From: the human T2T-CHM13v2.0 reference genome, Homo sapiens
DNA: 64,000 nucleotides
Strand: one strand, 5' to 3'
Assembly: GCF_009914755.1 (NCBI RefSeq)
Contig: NC_060933.1
Made by a program: the position numbers and the translations under genes. Positions 24,501 to 36,440 of this stretch are shown piece by piece (positions within the stretch are counted from its first letter, which is position 1; each line of letters begins with the position of its first letter). Under the pieces are notes generated by a model. That model saw only the letters and a list, made by a program, of their open reading frames with translations. It made no database searches and was not told the DNA's origin.

Positions 24501-27500
24501 TTGGGGTTACGGGTGAAAGGCAGGAGCGCCAGGCTGCAACAAAGATAGCTGAAAATGTAAAGCAGGTTCAGAAGTGGGTAACAGCCAGAGGTTGGAGAGT
24601 TTGGAGAGCTTGAAAAAAGACAGGAAGATGAGGGAAAGTTGGGACCATTGTAGAGACTTGTTAAATAGTTTTGATTAGAATGCTGACAGAAGGAAGGCCA
24701 GGGAAGGCCAGGCTTACAAGGTCTCAGATGAAAATGAGGAACTTAACTGGGAACAGGAGCCATGGTTAGTTTTGTTTTGCTGTAGCAAAGAACGTGGCTG
24801 CAGGGCGACCTTGCCCTTGAGATCTGTGAAACTTTGAACTTGAGGGTGATGATTTAGTGCATATCTGGTGGAATAAACTTCTAGGCACCATAGCACAAGA
24901 GGGATCCTGTCTGCATCAAACAGCCTGCGCTCTCATGTGTGACCAAGGAAATGACCTCAAGTTGGAACTTATATTTAAATGACAAGCAGAGCTCAAAAGT
25001 TTGGAACATTTGCAGCCTGGCCAAGTTGTCAAAGAGAAAAGCTGATTTTCAGGGGGAAAATTCATGAAGTCTCCAGAAATTTGCATAAAGTGGAGGCCAG
25101 TGCTAATAGCCAAGACAATTGTGGGGAAAAGCCTTGGAGGCATTTCAGAGATGTTTGCAGCAGCCCTTGCTGTCACAGGCCCTGGGACCTAGGAGAGAAG
25201 AATGGTTTGCTGGGCCAGCCCCGTGGCCCTGCTGCTGTGTGCAGCCGCAGGACACTGCTGCCTGCATCCCAGCAGCCCCGGCTCCTGCTCCGACCTTGGC
25301 TGAAAGATGCACAGGTACAGCTTGGGTCACTGCTTCAGAGGGTGCAAGCTATAGGCCTTGGTGGCTTCTACATAGTGTTAAGCCAGTGGGTGCACGGAGC
25401 ACTAGTCTAGAGACTTGGGAGCCTCCATATAAATATATTTCGGAAGATGTATGGAAATGCCTGGTGTGCAGACAGAAGGCTGCCAAAAAAGCAGAGTCTC
25501 ATGGGAAACCTCTACTTGGGCAGTGCAGAAGGAAAATATGAGGTTGGAGCCCCCACACTGGAGGCCACCATCGTGCCGACCCCAGGTTCATAGACCCATC
25601 AAAAGCTTCGTACCCTCCATGGGTTAAAAACTCCAGGCACTCAACAGCAGCACAGCCCATGAGGGCAGCTGCGGGGGCTGAACACTGCAAAGCCACAGGT
25701 GCAGAGCTGCCCAAGGCCTTGGGAGCCCAGCCCTCATGCCCTTGTGTCCTAGATGTGGGACAAGGATTTAAAAAGAATGATTTTGGAGCTGTAGGTTTGA
25801 ATAACTGGCCTGCTGGGTTTTGGAATGTCATGGGAACCTGTAAGTCCCGTTTGTGTTTTGTTCTTCTCTCTGGCAAAAAATCTTCCTTTCGGGTGGAGGT
25901 TCTTACTCAATGCCTGGACAGTCATACCTTGGAGGTAATTAACTTGCTTTGTATTTCAGAGGCTCAGGGGCAGAAGGGATGGCAGTCTTGTCTCAGAAGA
26001 GACTTTGGGCTTTGGACATTTCAGTAAATGCTGGAATGAGCTAAGACATTGGGAAACTGTAGAGTAGGCATCATTGTATTTTGCAGTGTGAGAACAACAT
26101 GAGATATGGGGGGTCAGGGTCAGAATAATACGATTTGGGTCTGCATCCCTACCAAACTCATTTGGAATTGTAATGGTGAATGTTAAACGTGGGGCCTGGT
26201 GTGAGGTGATTTATTCATGGAGAAGAGTGGGCGTTGGAGGTAGGGGTGTGGGGAGAATGGGGGAGATTATTTTGTGGGTGGGGGTAAAAGGTAAGGGTAG
26301 GGGGCAGATCCTTCACAAATGTTTAAACACTATCTCCTTAATGCCGCCTGTGTGATAGTGAGTTCTCCTGATGATATTTGCAGCTGTGGGATTGAGTGAA
26401 TACTGTCCCGCTGAGTTTTGGACTTGTGTTGGGCCTGTGGGCCCATTTGTGCTATTTTTATGGGAAATTTCTTCCCTTTGGACTGAGAAAGCTTACCCAA
26501 TGCCCGTACCATCATTGTACCTGGAAAGAAAAGAACTCCATTTTAAATTCAGGGACTCATAGGCAGAAGAGACTGTAGCCTTGTCTCAGGAGAGACTTTG
26601 AATTTTTTTACATTTGGAATGCGTTAAGACTTTTGGAGATTTTTGAAAAGTCATGATTGCATTTTGCTCTGTGATAAGGACATGAGATTCTGGGATATCA
26701 GGGTCAGAATAATATGGTTTGGCTGTGTGTCCCTATGAATCTCATGCGGAATCGTAATCCCTAATGTTGAAGCGGGTGACTTAATTATGGACGGGAGGTT
26801 GGTGGTGGTGGAAGGTAAAAGGGATGGGTAGGATTGGGAGGAGTGGGTCGGTAGTAGAGTGGTGGGAGGGTGGGTGGTAGTAGGAAGGAGGAGTAGCCTG
26901 CTGCAGAGTGAGGGACTCACGGAAAACCCTCTACTAGGGCAGTGCACCTGTGGTTTGCAGGGTTTAGCTCCTCAGCTGTTCTCATGCGCGGGACTGGTAT
27001 TGAGGGCCTGTAGCTTTTCCTCACTGAGGGTGCCAGCTGTTGGTGGGTCTGTGAATCTGGGGTCTGGACGGTGGTAGCCCCCTATGTGGGGGCTCCAAGT
27101 CCATATTTTCCTTCTGCACTGCCCTAGTAGAGGTTTCCCAAGAACTCTGCATCTGCAGCAGGCTGCTGCCTGGAAACAGTGGGAGGTGGGTGTGGGAGGC
27201 AGTTCCTTCACCAATGGTTAGGCAGCATGTGCTTGATGCTGTCTTCATGATAGTGAGTTTTCATGAGATCTGGTTGTATAATAGGGCATGACACCTTTTT
27301 CCTCTCTCATGCTTGCTCCTGCTCCTGGCATATGAGACATCTCATTGCCCCTTGACATTCTGGTGTGATTGGGAGGCTTCCTGAGTCCTCTGAGATGCAG
27401 AAACTAGTATGCCTCCTTACATCCTGCAGAATCATTAACAATTAAACTTCTTTTCTTTTTGATCATTGAGAGCATTTTTAATGCAAAGAAGATCTATTAG

Positions 27501-30500
27501 GTGTCTTCAAGGCCTTTTCCCCCATGTCTTGGCTATCAGTACTCAGCTTCTTTTCATTCAAGTCTCTGAATCCTCCTTGAATTTTCCCCCTGAAAATGGA
27601 CTTGTCTTCCATACCACATTGCCAGGCTTTGACAAAGATAGGTGATAATGCAGGAACAGGTTCAGAAGAGGGTAGCAGACTGAGTTCAGGAGAGTTTGGA
27701 GGGCTTCCAAGACAAGAAATTGAGGGGAAATTTGGATCTTTGTAAAGAATTGTTAAATACTTGTGATCAGAAGGCTCACAGGAAAATAGACAGTAAAGAT
27801 CAGACTTAGAAGGTCTCAGATGAAGATGAGGAACTTACTGGGAATAGGAGCCAAGGTTAGTTTTGTTTTGCTGTAGCAAAGAATGTGGCTGCACATTGAC
27901 CCTGCCCTGGAGATATGTGAAACTTTGAACTTGAGGGTGATGACTTAGTGAGTATCTGGTGGAATGAACTTCTGGGCAGCAAAGCTCAAGAGGTGTCCTG
28001 TCTGCATGAAACAGCCCTTGCCCTTTTGTGTGACTGAGGAAATGACCTCTGGATGGGTCTTACATTAAATGAGTCACAACTCTTATATTAAATGAGAAAC
28101 AGAACTCAAAAGTCTGGAAAACTTGCAGCCTTGCCAAGTGGTCAGAAAGAAAAGCCGATTTTCAGTGGGAAAATTCAAGAAGGCTTCAGGAATTTGCACG
28201 AAAAGGAGCCCGGTGCTAATAGCCAAGACAATAAGGAAAAGACCTTGAAGGCATTTCAGAGACCTTTGCAGCAGCCCTTGCTGTCACAGGCCCTGGGGCC
28301 TAGGAGAGAAGCATCGTTTCCTGGGCCAGTTCCATGAGCCCCCTCTATGTGCAGCCTCAGGACACTGCTGCCGGCATCCCTGCAGCTCCATTTCCAACTC
28401 CAGTCATGGCTGAAAGATGCACAGGTAGAGTTTGCATCCCTGCTTCAGGGGTGCAAGTTCCAAGCCTTGGTGTCTTCCACATAGTGTTAAGCCAGCGGCT
28501 GCACAGAGCACAAAACTAGAGGCTTGGGGGCCTGTGTCTAGACTCCAGAGTATGTACGGAAAAACCTGGGTGTTCAGGCAGAAGCTTTTCCAAGAGGCAG
28601 AGCCTCATGGCACACCTTTACCAGGGCAGTACAGAAGGAGAAAATGGGGTTGGAGTCCCTAAATATGGAGACACCATTCTCCAGACCTTAGATTCATAGA
28701 TGCACCAACAGCTGGCACCCTTAGTGTGGAAAAGCCACAGGCACTCAACACAGCCCAGCCCATGAGGGCAGCTGTGGGGGATATATCATGCAAATCCACA
28801 GGTGCAGAGTTGCCCAAGGCCTTGGGAGCCCAGCCATCACATGCCTGTGCTCTAGATGTGAGATGTAGATTCAGAAAAGATGATTTGGAGCTGCAGGATT
28901 CAATGACTGGCCTGCTGGGTTTTTGACTTCATGGGGTCTGTAAGTCCTTGGACTTTTCAGTAAATGCTGGAATGAGTTAAGTCATTGGGGGACAGTAGAG
29001 AAGTCATCATTGTATTTTGCAGTGTGACAAGGATACAAGATTTGGGGACCAAAGGCCAGAATAATATGATTTGGTTCTGTGTCCCTACCAATACTCATGT
29101 GGAATCGTAATGGGGAATGTTAAAGTTGGAGCCTGGTGGAAGGTGACTTAATCATGGAGAAGAGTGGGGGTTGGAAGTAGGGGTTTGGGGAGAATGGGGG
29201 AGATTATTTTGTGGGTGGGGGTGAAAGATGAGGATAGGGGGGTGGATTCTTCACAAATGGTTAATCACTATCTCCTTAATGCTGTCTGCATGATAGTGAG
29301 TTCTCTTGATGATTATGGAGCTTAAAGATTGAGTGAATACTGTCCTGCTGGGTTTTGGACTTGCATTAGGCCTGTGGTCCCATTTGTGTTATTTTTATGG
29401 GAAATTTCTTCCCTTTGGATTGAGAAAGCTTACACAATGCCTGTACCATCATTGTACCTTGAAAGAAAAGAAATCCCTTTTAAATTCAGGGACTCATATG
29501 CAGAAGGGACAGTAGCCTTGTCTCAGGTGAGACTTTGAACTTTTTACATTTGGAATGAGTTAAGGCTGTTGGAACTTTTGAAAAGGCATGATTGTATTTT
29601 ACTCTGTGATAAGGACATGAGATTCTGGGATAGCAGGGTCAGAATAATATGGTTTGGCTGTGTGTCCCTATGAAAATTCATGTGGAATTTTAATTCCAAA
29701 TGTTGAAGTTGGGGCCTGGGGGAGATGATTTAATCATGGACTGGAAGGGGTTGGGGTGGAAGGAAAAGGGTTGGTTAGGGTGGGGAGGAGTAGGCTGGCA
29801 GTAGGGTGGTGGGAGGGTGGTGGGTGGGAGGAAGGGGGAGCAGCCTGCTGCAGAGGCAGAGGCTCATGGGAAACCCTCTACTAGGGCAATGCACCTGTGG
29901 CTTTGCAGGGTTTAGCCCCTGCCGCAGCTCTCATGGGCTGGGCTGGTGTTGAGTGCCTGTAGCTTTTCCACACAAGGTGTGAGCTGTTGGTGGGTCTATG
30001 AATCTGGGGTCTGGAGGTTGGTGGCCATCTGTGTGGGTGCTCCAAGCTCATATTTCCCTTCCGCACTTCCCTAGTAGAGTTTTCCAAGAGGCTCTGCCTC
30101 TGCCTCAGGCTTCTGCCTGGAAATAGTGGGAGTTGGGGGTAGGGGGCGAATCCTTCACCAGTGGTTAAGCACCATCTTTGTGATGCTGACCTTGTGATAG
30201 TGAGTTCTCATGAGATCTGGTTGTATAATAGGGTGTGGGACCTCTCTCCTCTCCCTGTCTTGCTCCTCCTCCTGCCACATGAATCATCTCATTGCCCCTT
30301 GACATTCTGGTATGACTGGGAGGCTTCCTGATTCCTCTTAGATGTAGAAGCCACTATACTTCCTTATAGCCTGCAGAATCATGAGCCAAGTAAACCTCTT
30401 CTTTATGATCATAGAGAAAATTAGTACTGCAAAGTGGGTCTATTAAATGTCTTCAAGGCCTTTTCCCTGTTGTCTTGGTAGTGAGCACTCAGCTTCTTTT

Positions 30501-33500
30501 CATTCAAGTCTCTGAACCCTTCTTGAATTTTCCCCCTGAAAATGGACTTGTCTTCCCTTACTACATTGTCAGGCTGCAGCAAAGATAGCTGATAATGTAG
30601 AAGCAGGTTCAGAAGGGGGTAGCAGACAGAGTTCAGAGAGTTTGGAGGGCTTTGCAGACAAGAAGTTGAGGGAAAGTTTGGATCTTTGTAAAGAATTGTT
30701 ACATACTTGTGACCAGAAGGCTCACAGGAAAATGGTGAGTGAAAGCCAGACTTAGAAGGTCTCAAATGAAAATGAGGAACTTACTGGGAACAGAAGCCAA
30801 AGTGACTTTTGTTTTGCCTTAACAAAGAATGTGGCTGCACGGTGACCCTGCCCTGGAGATCTGTGAAACTGAACTTGAGGGTGATGACTTACTGAGTATC
30901 TGGTGGAATGAACTGGGCAGCAAATCTCAAGAGGTGTCCTGTCCCCATGGAACAGCCTGTGCTCTTATGTGGGATGGAGGAAATAACCTCTGGATGGGAC
31001 TTACATTAAATGAGTCCCGTCTCTCAGAACTCAAATTTAGGAAAATTTGGAGCCTGGCCAAGTGGTCAAAAAGAAAAGCTGATTTTCAGGGGGAAAATTG
31101 AGGAAGGCTTCAGAAACTTGCATGAAAAGGAGCCCGGTGCTAATAGACAAGATAATAGGGAAAAAGGCCTTGAAGGCATTTCAGAGACCTTTGCAGCAGC
31201 CCTTGCTATTGTGGGCCCTGGGGCCTAGGAGAGAAGCATGGTTTCCTTGGCCAGTTCCATGAGCCTCCTCTATGTGCAGCCTCAGAACACTGCTGCCTGC
31301 ATCCCTGCAGCTCAAGCTCCAGCCATGGCTGAAAGATGCACAGGTACAGCTCAGGTCACTGCTTCAGAGGATGCAGGCTAGAAACCTTGGTAACATCCTC
31401 ATAGTGTTAAGCCACTGGTGGACGGAGTGTGAGACTAGAGGCTTGGGAGCCTCTCTATAGATTTTGGAAGATGTATGGAAATTCCTGGGTGTCCAGGCAA
31501 AACATCCCAAAAAGGCAGAGCCTTATATCAAACTTCTACTAGGGCAGTGCAGAAGGAAAATATGGGGTTGGAACTCCCACACTGGAGACCACCATCATGC
31601 AGACCCCAGATTCATAGACCCCCCCCCCAAAACTTGTTTCCTCAATGTGGAAAAGTCACAGGCACTCATCACCAGCCCAGCCCATGAGGGCACCCTTGGG
31701 GCATATACCCTGCAAAGCCACAGGTGCCAAGCTGCCCGAGGCCTTGGGAGCCCAGCCCTCACACCCCTGTGTCCTGGATGTGGGACAGGGTTTCAAAAGG
31801 TGATTTTGGAGCTGTAGGATTGAATGACTGGCCTTCTGGGTTTGGAGTTTCATGGGGCCAGTAAGTCCTATCTGTGTTTTGTTTTTTTTTCTGGCAAAAT
31901 TCTTCCTTTTGGCTGGGAATGCTTACCCAATGCCTGTACAAGCATTGTACCTTGGAAGTAGTTAACTTGCTTTATATTTCAGAGGCTCATGGGCCTAAGG
32001 GACTGTAGCCTTGTGTCAGATGAGACTTTAGGCTTTGGACATTTGTATAAATGCTGGAATGATATAAGATTTTATGGGACTTTAGGGAAGGCATCATTGT
32101 ATTTTGCAATGTGAGAAGGACATGAGATTTGGGGAGTGAGGGAAAGAATAATAAAATTCAGCTCTGTGTCCCTACCAAAACTCATGTGGAATTGTAATTG
32201 GAATGTTAAAGGTGGGGCCTGGTGGAAGATGATTTAATCACGGTGCAGAGTGGGGGTTGGAAGATGGGGGTGTAGGGAAAATGGGGGAATTATGGTGGGG
32301 GTGAGGGGTGAAAATTGGGGTGGGGGGTCAGATCCTTCACAAATCATTAAACACTATCTCCTTATTGCTGTCCTTGTGACGGTGAGTTCTTTTCATGATT
32401 TTAGAACTGTAAGATTAAATGGATACTGGCCTCCTGGGTTTTGGACTTGCATTGGGCCTGTGGTCCCATTTGTGTTATTTTCCTGGGAAATTTCTGCCCT
32501 TTGGATTGAAAAAGCTTACCCAATGCCTGTACCATTATTGTACCTTGAAAGAAAGAACATCCTTTTAAATTCAGGGACTCATAGGCAAAAGGTACTGTAG
32601 ACTTGTCTCAGATGAGATGTTGAATTTTTTACATTTGAGTTATTGTTGGAATGAGTTAAGACTTTTGGAAAATTTTGAAAAGACATGAATATATTTTGCT
32701 CTGTGAGAAGGACAAGAGACTGCAGGGTATCAGGTCAGAATAATATGATTTGGCTGTGTTTCTTTACCAAAACTCATGTGAATTGTAATCCTTAATGTTG
32801 GAGGTGGGACCTGGCTGGAGGTGATTTAATCATGGATGGGAGGGGGACCGGGGATGGAAGGAAAGGGGTGGGTAGGGTGAGGAGTAGGTTGTTAGTAGGG
32901 TGGTGGGTACTAGGAGGGGGGAGTAACCTGCTTCAGAAGCAGAGGCTCATGGAAAGTCTCTACTAGGGCAGGGCACCTGTGGCTTTGCAGGGTGTAGCCC
33001 CCATGGCTGCTGTCATGGGCTGGGCTCGTGTGGAGTGCCTGTAGCTTTTCTGTTCTGAGAGTGCAAGCTGTTGGTGGGTCTATGAATCTGCAGTCTGGAG
33101 GATGGTGGCCTCCTGTATGTGGGCTCCAAGCCTACATTTTCCTTCTGCACTGCCCTGGTAGAGGTTCTCCAAGAGGCTCTGCCTCTGCAGGAGGCTTCTA
33201 CGTGGAAACAGTGGGGGGTGGTGTGGGTGGATCCTTCACCAATGGTTAATCTTCTTGATGCTGATCTCCTGATACTGAGTTCTCATGAGATCTGGTTGTA
33301 TAACAAGTGTGGCACCTCTTTCCTCTCTCTGTCTTCCTCCTACACCTGCCATATGGAACATCTCATTGTCGCTTGGCCTTCTGGTATGGTAGGAGACTTC
33401 CTGAGTCCTCCCAGAAGCAGAAGCCACTATGTTCCCTTTACAGCCTGCAGAACCGTGAGCCAATTAAACCTCTTTTTAAAATAATACTACAGAAAATTTG

Positions 33501-36440
33501 TACTGTAGAGTGGAGCTATGAAATGCCCTCAAGGTTTTTTTCCTGATTTTTTACTATTAACATTTGGCTTCTTTTATATGCAAATATCTGAAGCCTTCTT
33601 GAATTTTCCCCCTGAAAATGGACTTTTTTTCTTTTACCACACTGCCAGGCTGTCACAACGATAGCTGAAAGTGTAGAAGCAAGTTCAGAAGCAGGTTCAG
33701 AAGCTGGGTAACGACCGCAGGCTGCACAGTTTGGAGGGCTTGGAAGAAGACAGAAAGATGAATGAAAGTTTTGACTATTGTAGAGACGTGTTAAATAGTT
33801 ATAATTAAAAGGGTGACTGAAGGATGGATAGTGAAGGCCAGGCTTAGAAGGTCTCAGATGAAAATGAACAACTTACTGGGAGCAGAAGCCAAGGTAACTT
33901 TTCTTTTGCCTTAGCAAAGAACTTGGCTGGATGGTGCCCCTGCCCTGGTGACCTGTGAAACTTTGAACTTGAGGGTGATGATTTAGGGTATATCTGGTGA
34001 AATGAACTTCTAGGCAGCAAAGCTCAAGAGGTATCTTGTCTGTATTGAACAGCCTGTGGTGTTCTGTGTGACCAAATAAATGACCTCAAGTTGAAACTTA
34101 TATTTAAATGAGAAGCAGAGCTTTGAAGTTTGATTTGCAGCCTGCCCAAGAGGTCAAAAAGAAAAGCTGATTTTTAGTGGGAAAATTCAAGAAGGCTTCA
34201 GAAATGTGCATAAAATGGAGCCCAGTGCTAATAGCTAAGACAATGTTAAAAAGGCCTTGAAGGCATTTCAGAGACCTTTGCAGCAGAGCTTGCTGTCAAA
34301 GGCCCTGAGTTCTAGGACCAAAGAATGGTTTCCTGGGTCAGTCCCATGGTCGCGCTGCTGTGTCCATCCTCAGGACAGTGCCGCCTGCATCCCTGCAGCT
34401 CCAGCTCCAGCTCCAGCCATGGCTGAAAGATGCACAGGTACAGCTTGGGTCACTGCTTCAGAAGTTGCAAGCTGCAAGCCTTGGTGGCTTCCACATAGTG
34501 TTAAGCCAGCAGGTGCACAGGCTTGGGAGCCTTTGTCTAGACTCAAGAGTATGTAAGGAAAAACCTCAGTGTCCAGCTGGGCAGAAGCTTTTCCAAGAGG
34601 CAGAGCCTCATGGGAAACCTTTACTAGGGCAGTGCAGAAGGAACATACAGGGTTGATGCCCCCATAAAGGGAGGAACCATTTTCCAGACCCCAGATTCAT
34701 AGACCCACCAACTGCTTGCACCCTCAGTGTGGGAAAGCCACAGGCACTGACCACCAGCCCAGCCCACGAGGGCAGCTGTGGGGAAAGACCCTGCACAGCC
34801 ACAGAAGCTGAGCTGCCCAAGGCCTTGGGAGCCCCGCCATCCACTCTTGTGCTCTAGATGTGGGATGTAGATCCTTTCAGGAAAGATGATTTGGAGCTGT
34901 AGGATGGAATGACTTTCCTGCTGGGTTTTTGACTTGCATGGGGTCTGCAAGTCCCATCTGTGTTTTGTGCTTCCCTCTGACAAATTTCTTCCTTTTGGCT
35001 GGGAATGCTTACCCAATGTCTCTACAATCATTGTACCTTGGAAGTAGTTAACTTGCTTTGTATTTCAGAGGCTCGAGTAGAAGGGATGGCAGCGTTGTCT
35101 CAGATGAGACTGGGCTTTGGACATTTCAGTAAATGCTGGAATGAGTTAAGACTTTGGGGGACTGTAGAGAAGGCATCATTGTATTTTGCAGTGTGACAAC
35201 GATATGAGATGTGGGGGGACCTGGGTGAGAATAATATGATTTGGCCCTGTGTCACTACCAATACTCTCGTGAAATTGTAATGGGGAATGTTAAAGGTGGG
35301 GCCTGGTGGGAGATGATTTAATCATGGAGAAGAGTGGGGGTTGGAGGTGGGGGAGTGGGGAGAATAGGAGAGATTATTTTGTGGGTGGGGGTGAAAAATG
35401 AGGGGGGACGGATTCTTCACAACTGGTGAAACACTATCTCCTTAATACTGTCTGCGTGATAGTGAGTTCTCTTGATGATTATGGAGCTTAAAGATTGAGT
35501 GAATATTGTCCTGCTGGGGTTTGGACTGACATTTTTGTCATTTTTCTGGGGAATTTCTTCCCTTTGGATTGAGAAACCTTACTTAATGCTTGTACTATCA
35601 TTGTATCTTGAAAGAAAAGAAATGCCTTTTGAACTCAGGGACTGATAGGCCGAAGGGACTGTAGCCTTGTCTCAGATGAGACTTTGAATTTTTTATATTT
35701 GGAATGAGTTAAGAATTTTGGAAACTTTTGAACATGCATGACTGTGTTTTGCTGTGTGAGAAGGACATGAGGTTCTGGGGTATCTGGGTCAAATAATATG
35801 GATTGACTGTGTGTCCATATAAAACTCATATGGAATTGTAATCCTTAATTTTGGGGCCTGGTGGTAGGCGATTTAATCTTGAATGGGAGGGGGTTCGGGG
35901 TGGTAGGAAAAGGAGGGGTAGGGTGGGGAGGAGTAGGTTGTCAGTAGGGTGGTAGGAGGATGGGGGGTAGTAGGAAGGGGGAGTAGCCTTCTGCAGAGGC
36001 AGAGGCTCATGGAAAACCTCTACTAGGGCAGTGCACCTGTGGCTTTGCAGGCTTTAGCCCCATGGCTGCTCTCATGGGCTGGGCTGGTGTTGAGTGCCTG
36101 TAGCTTTTCCATACTGAGGGTGTGAGCTGTTGGTGGGCCTATGAATCCGGGATCTGGAGGATGGTGGCCTCCTTTTTGGGGGCTCCAAGCCCATATTTTC
36201 CTTCTGCACTGCCATAGTGGAAGTTTCTCAAGAGGCTTGGCCTCTGCAGGAGGCTTCTGCCTGGAAACAGTGGGCGGTGGTGTGGGTGCAGGATCTTCTT
36301 GATGCTGATCTCCTGATAGTGAGACCTCATGTGATCTGGTTGTCTAACAGGGTGTGGTACCTCTTTCCTCTCTCTGTCTTGCTCCTACCCCTGCCATATG
36401 AAACATCTCATTGCCACTTGGCCTTCTGGTATGATTAGGA
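9228..36440 (+). repeat. Macrosatellite of rearranged MaLR elements (MSTA-like LTR + MST-internal), ~9 monomers of ~2.8-3.7 kb
   Basis: LTR-start motif t(a/g)atatg(a/g)tttggct.. recurs at 9228, 10082 and then in pairs at 12795/13417, 16163/16753, 19920/20505, 22871/23507, 26126/26710, 29062/29645, 32149/32741, 35232/35794. LTR motifs (gttctcatgagatctggttg; cagaaccatgagccaattaaacctctttt) and MST-int motifs (gatacctgaaaatgtggaagcagctttggaact; gagaaggacatgagatttgggg) recur with the same period. Confidence 0.92.

Noticed and set aside
9598-36438. Numerous 60-180 aa ORFs recurring through the array
   Set aside because: They are chance frames in MSTA/MST-int sequence. Frames and stops differ between monomers, no gag/pol/env or other domain is recognisable, and the similarity between ORFs simply reflects DNA duplication.
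9228-36440. CRISPR-like or prokaryotic repeat-spacer system
   Set aside because: The units are kb-sized diverged LTR sequence without unique spacers or cas genes, and the context is clearly primate (Alu, L1, HERV-K).
9228-36440. PRDM9 hotspot motif in the MaLR LTRs
   Set aside because: I did not find a consistent CCNCCNTNNCCNC match at a fixed monomer position by eye; a PWM scan would be needed.
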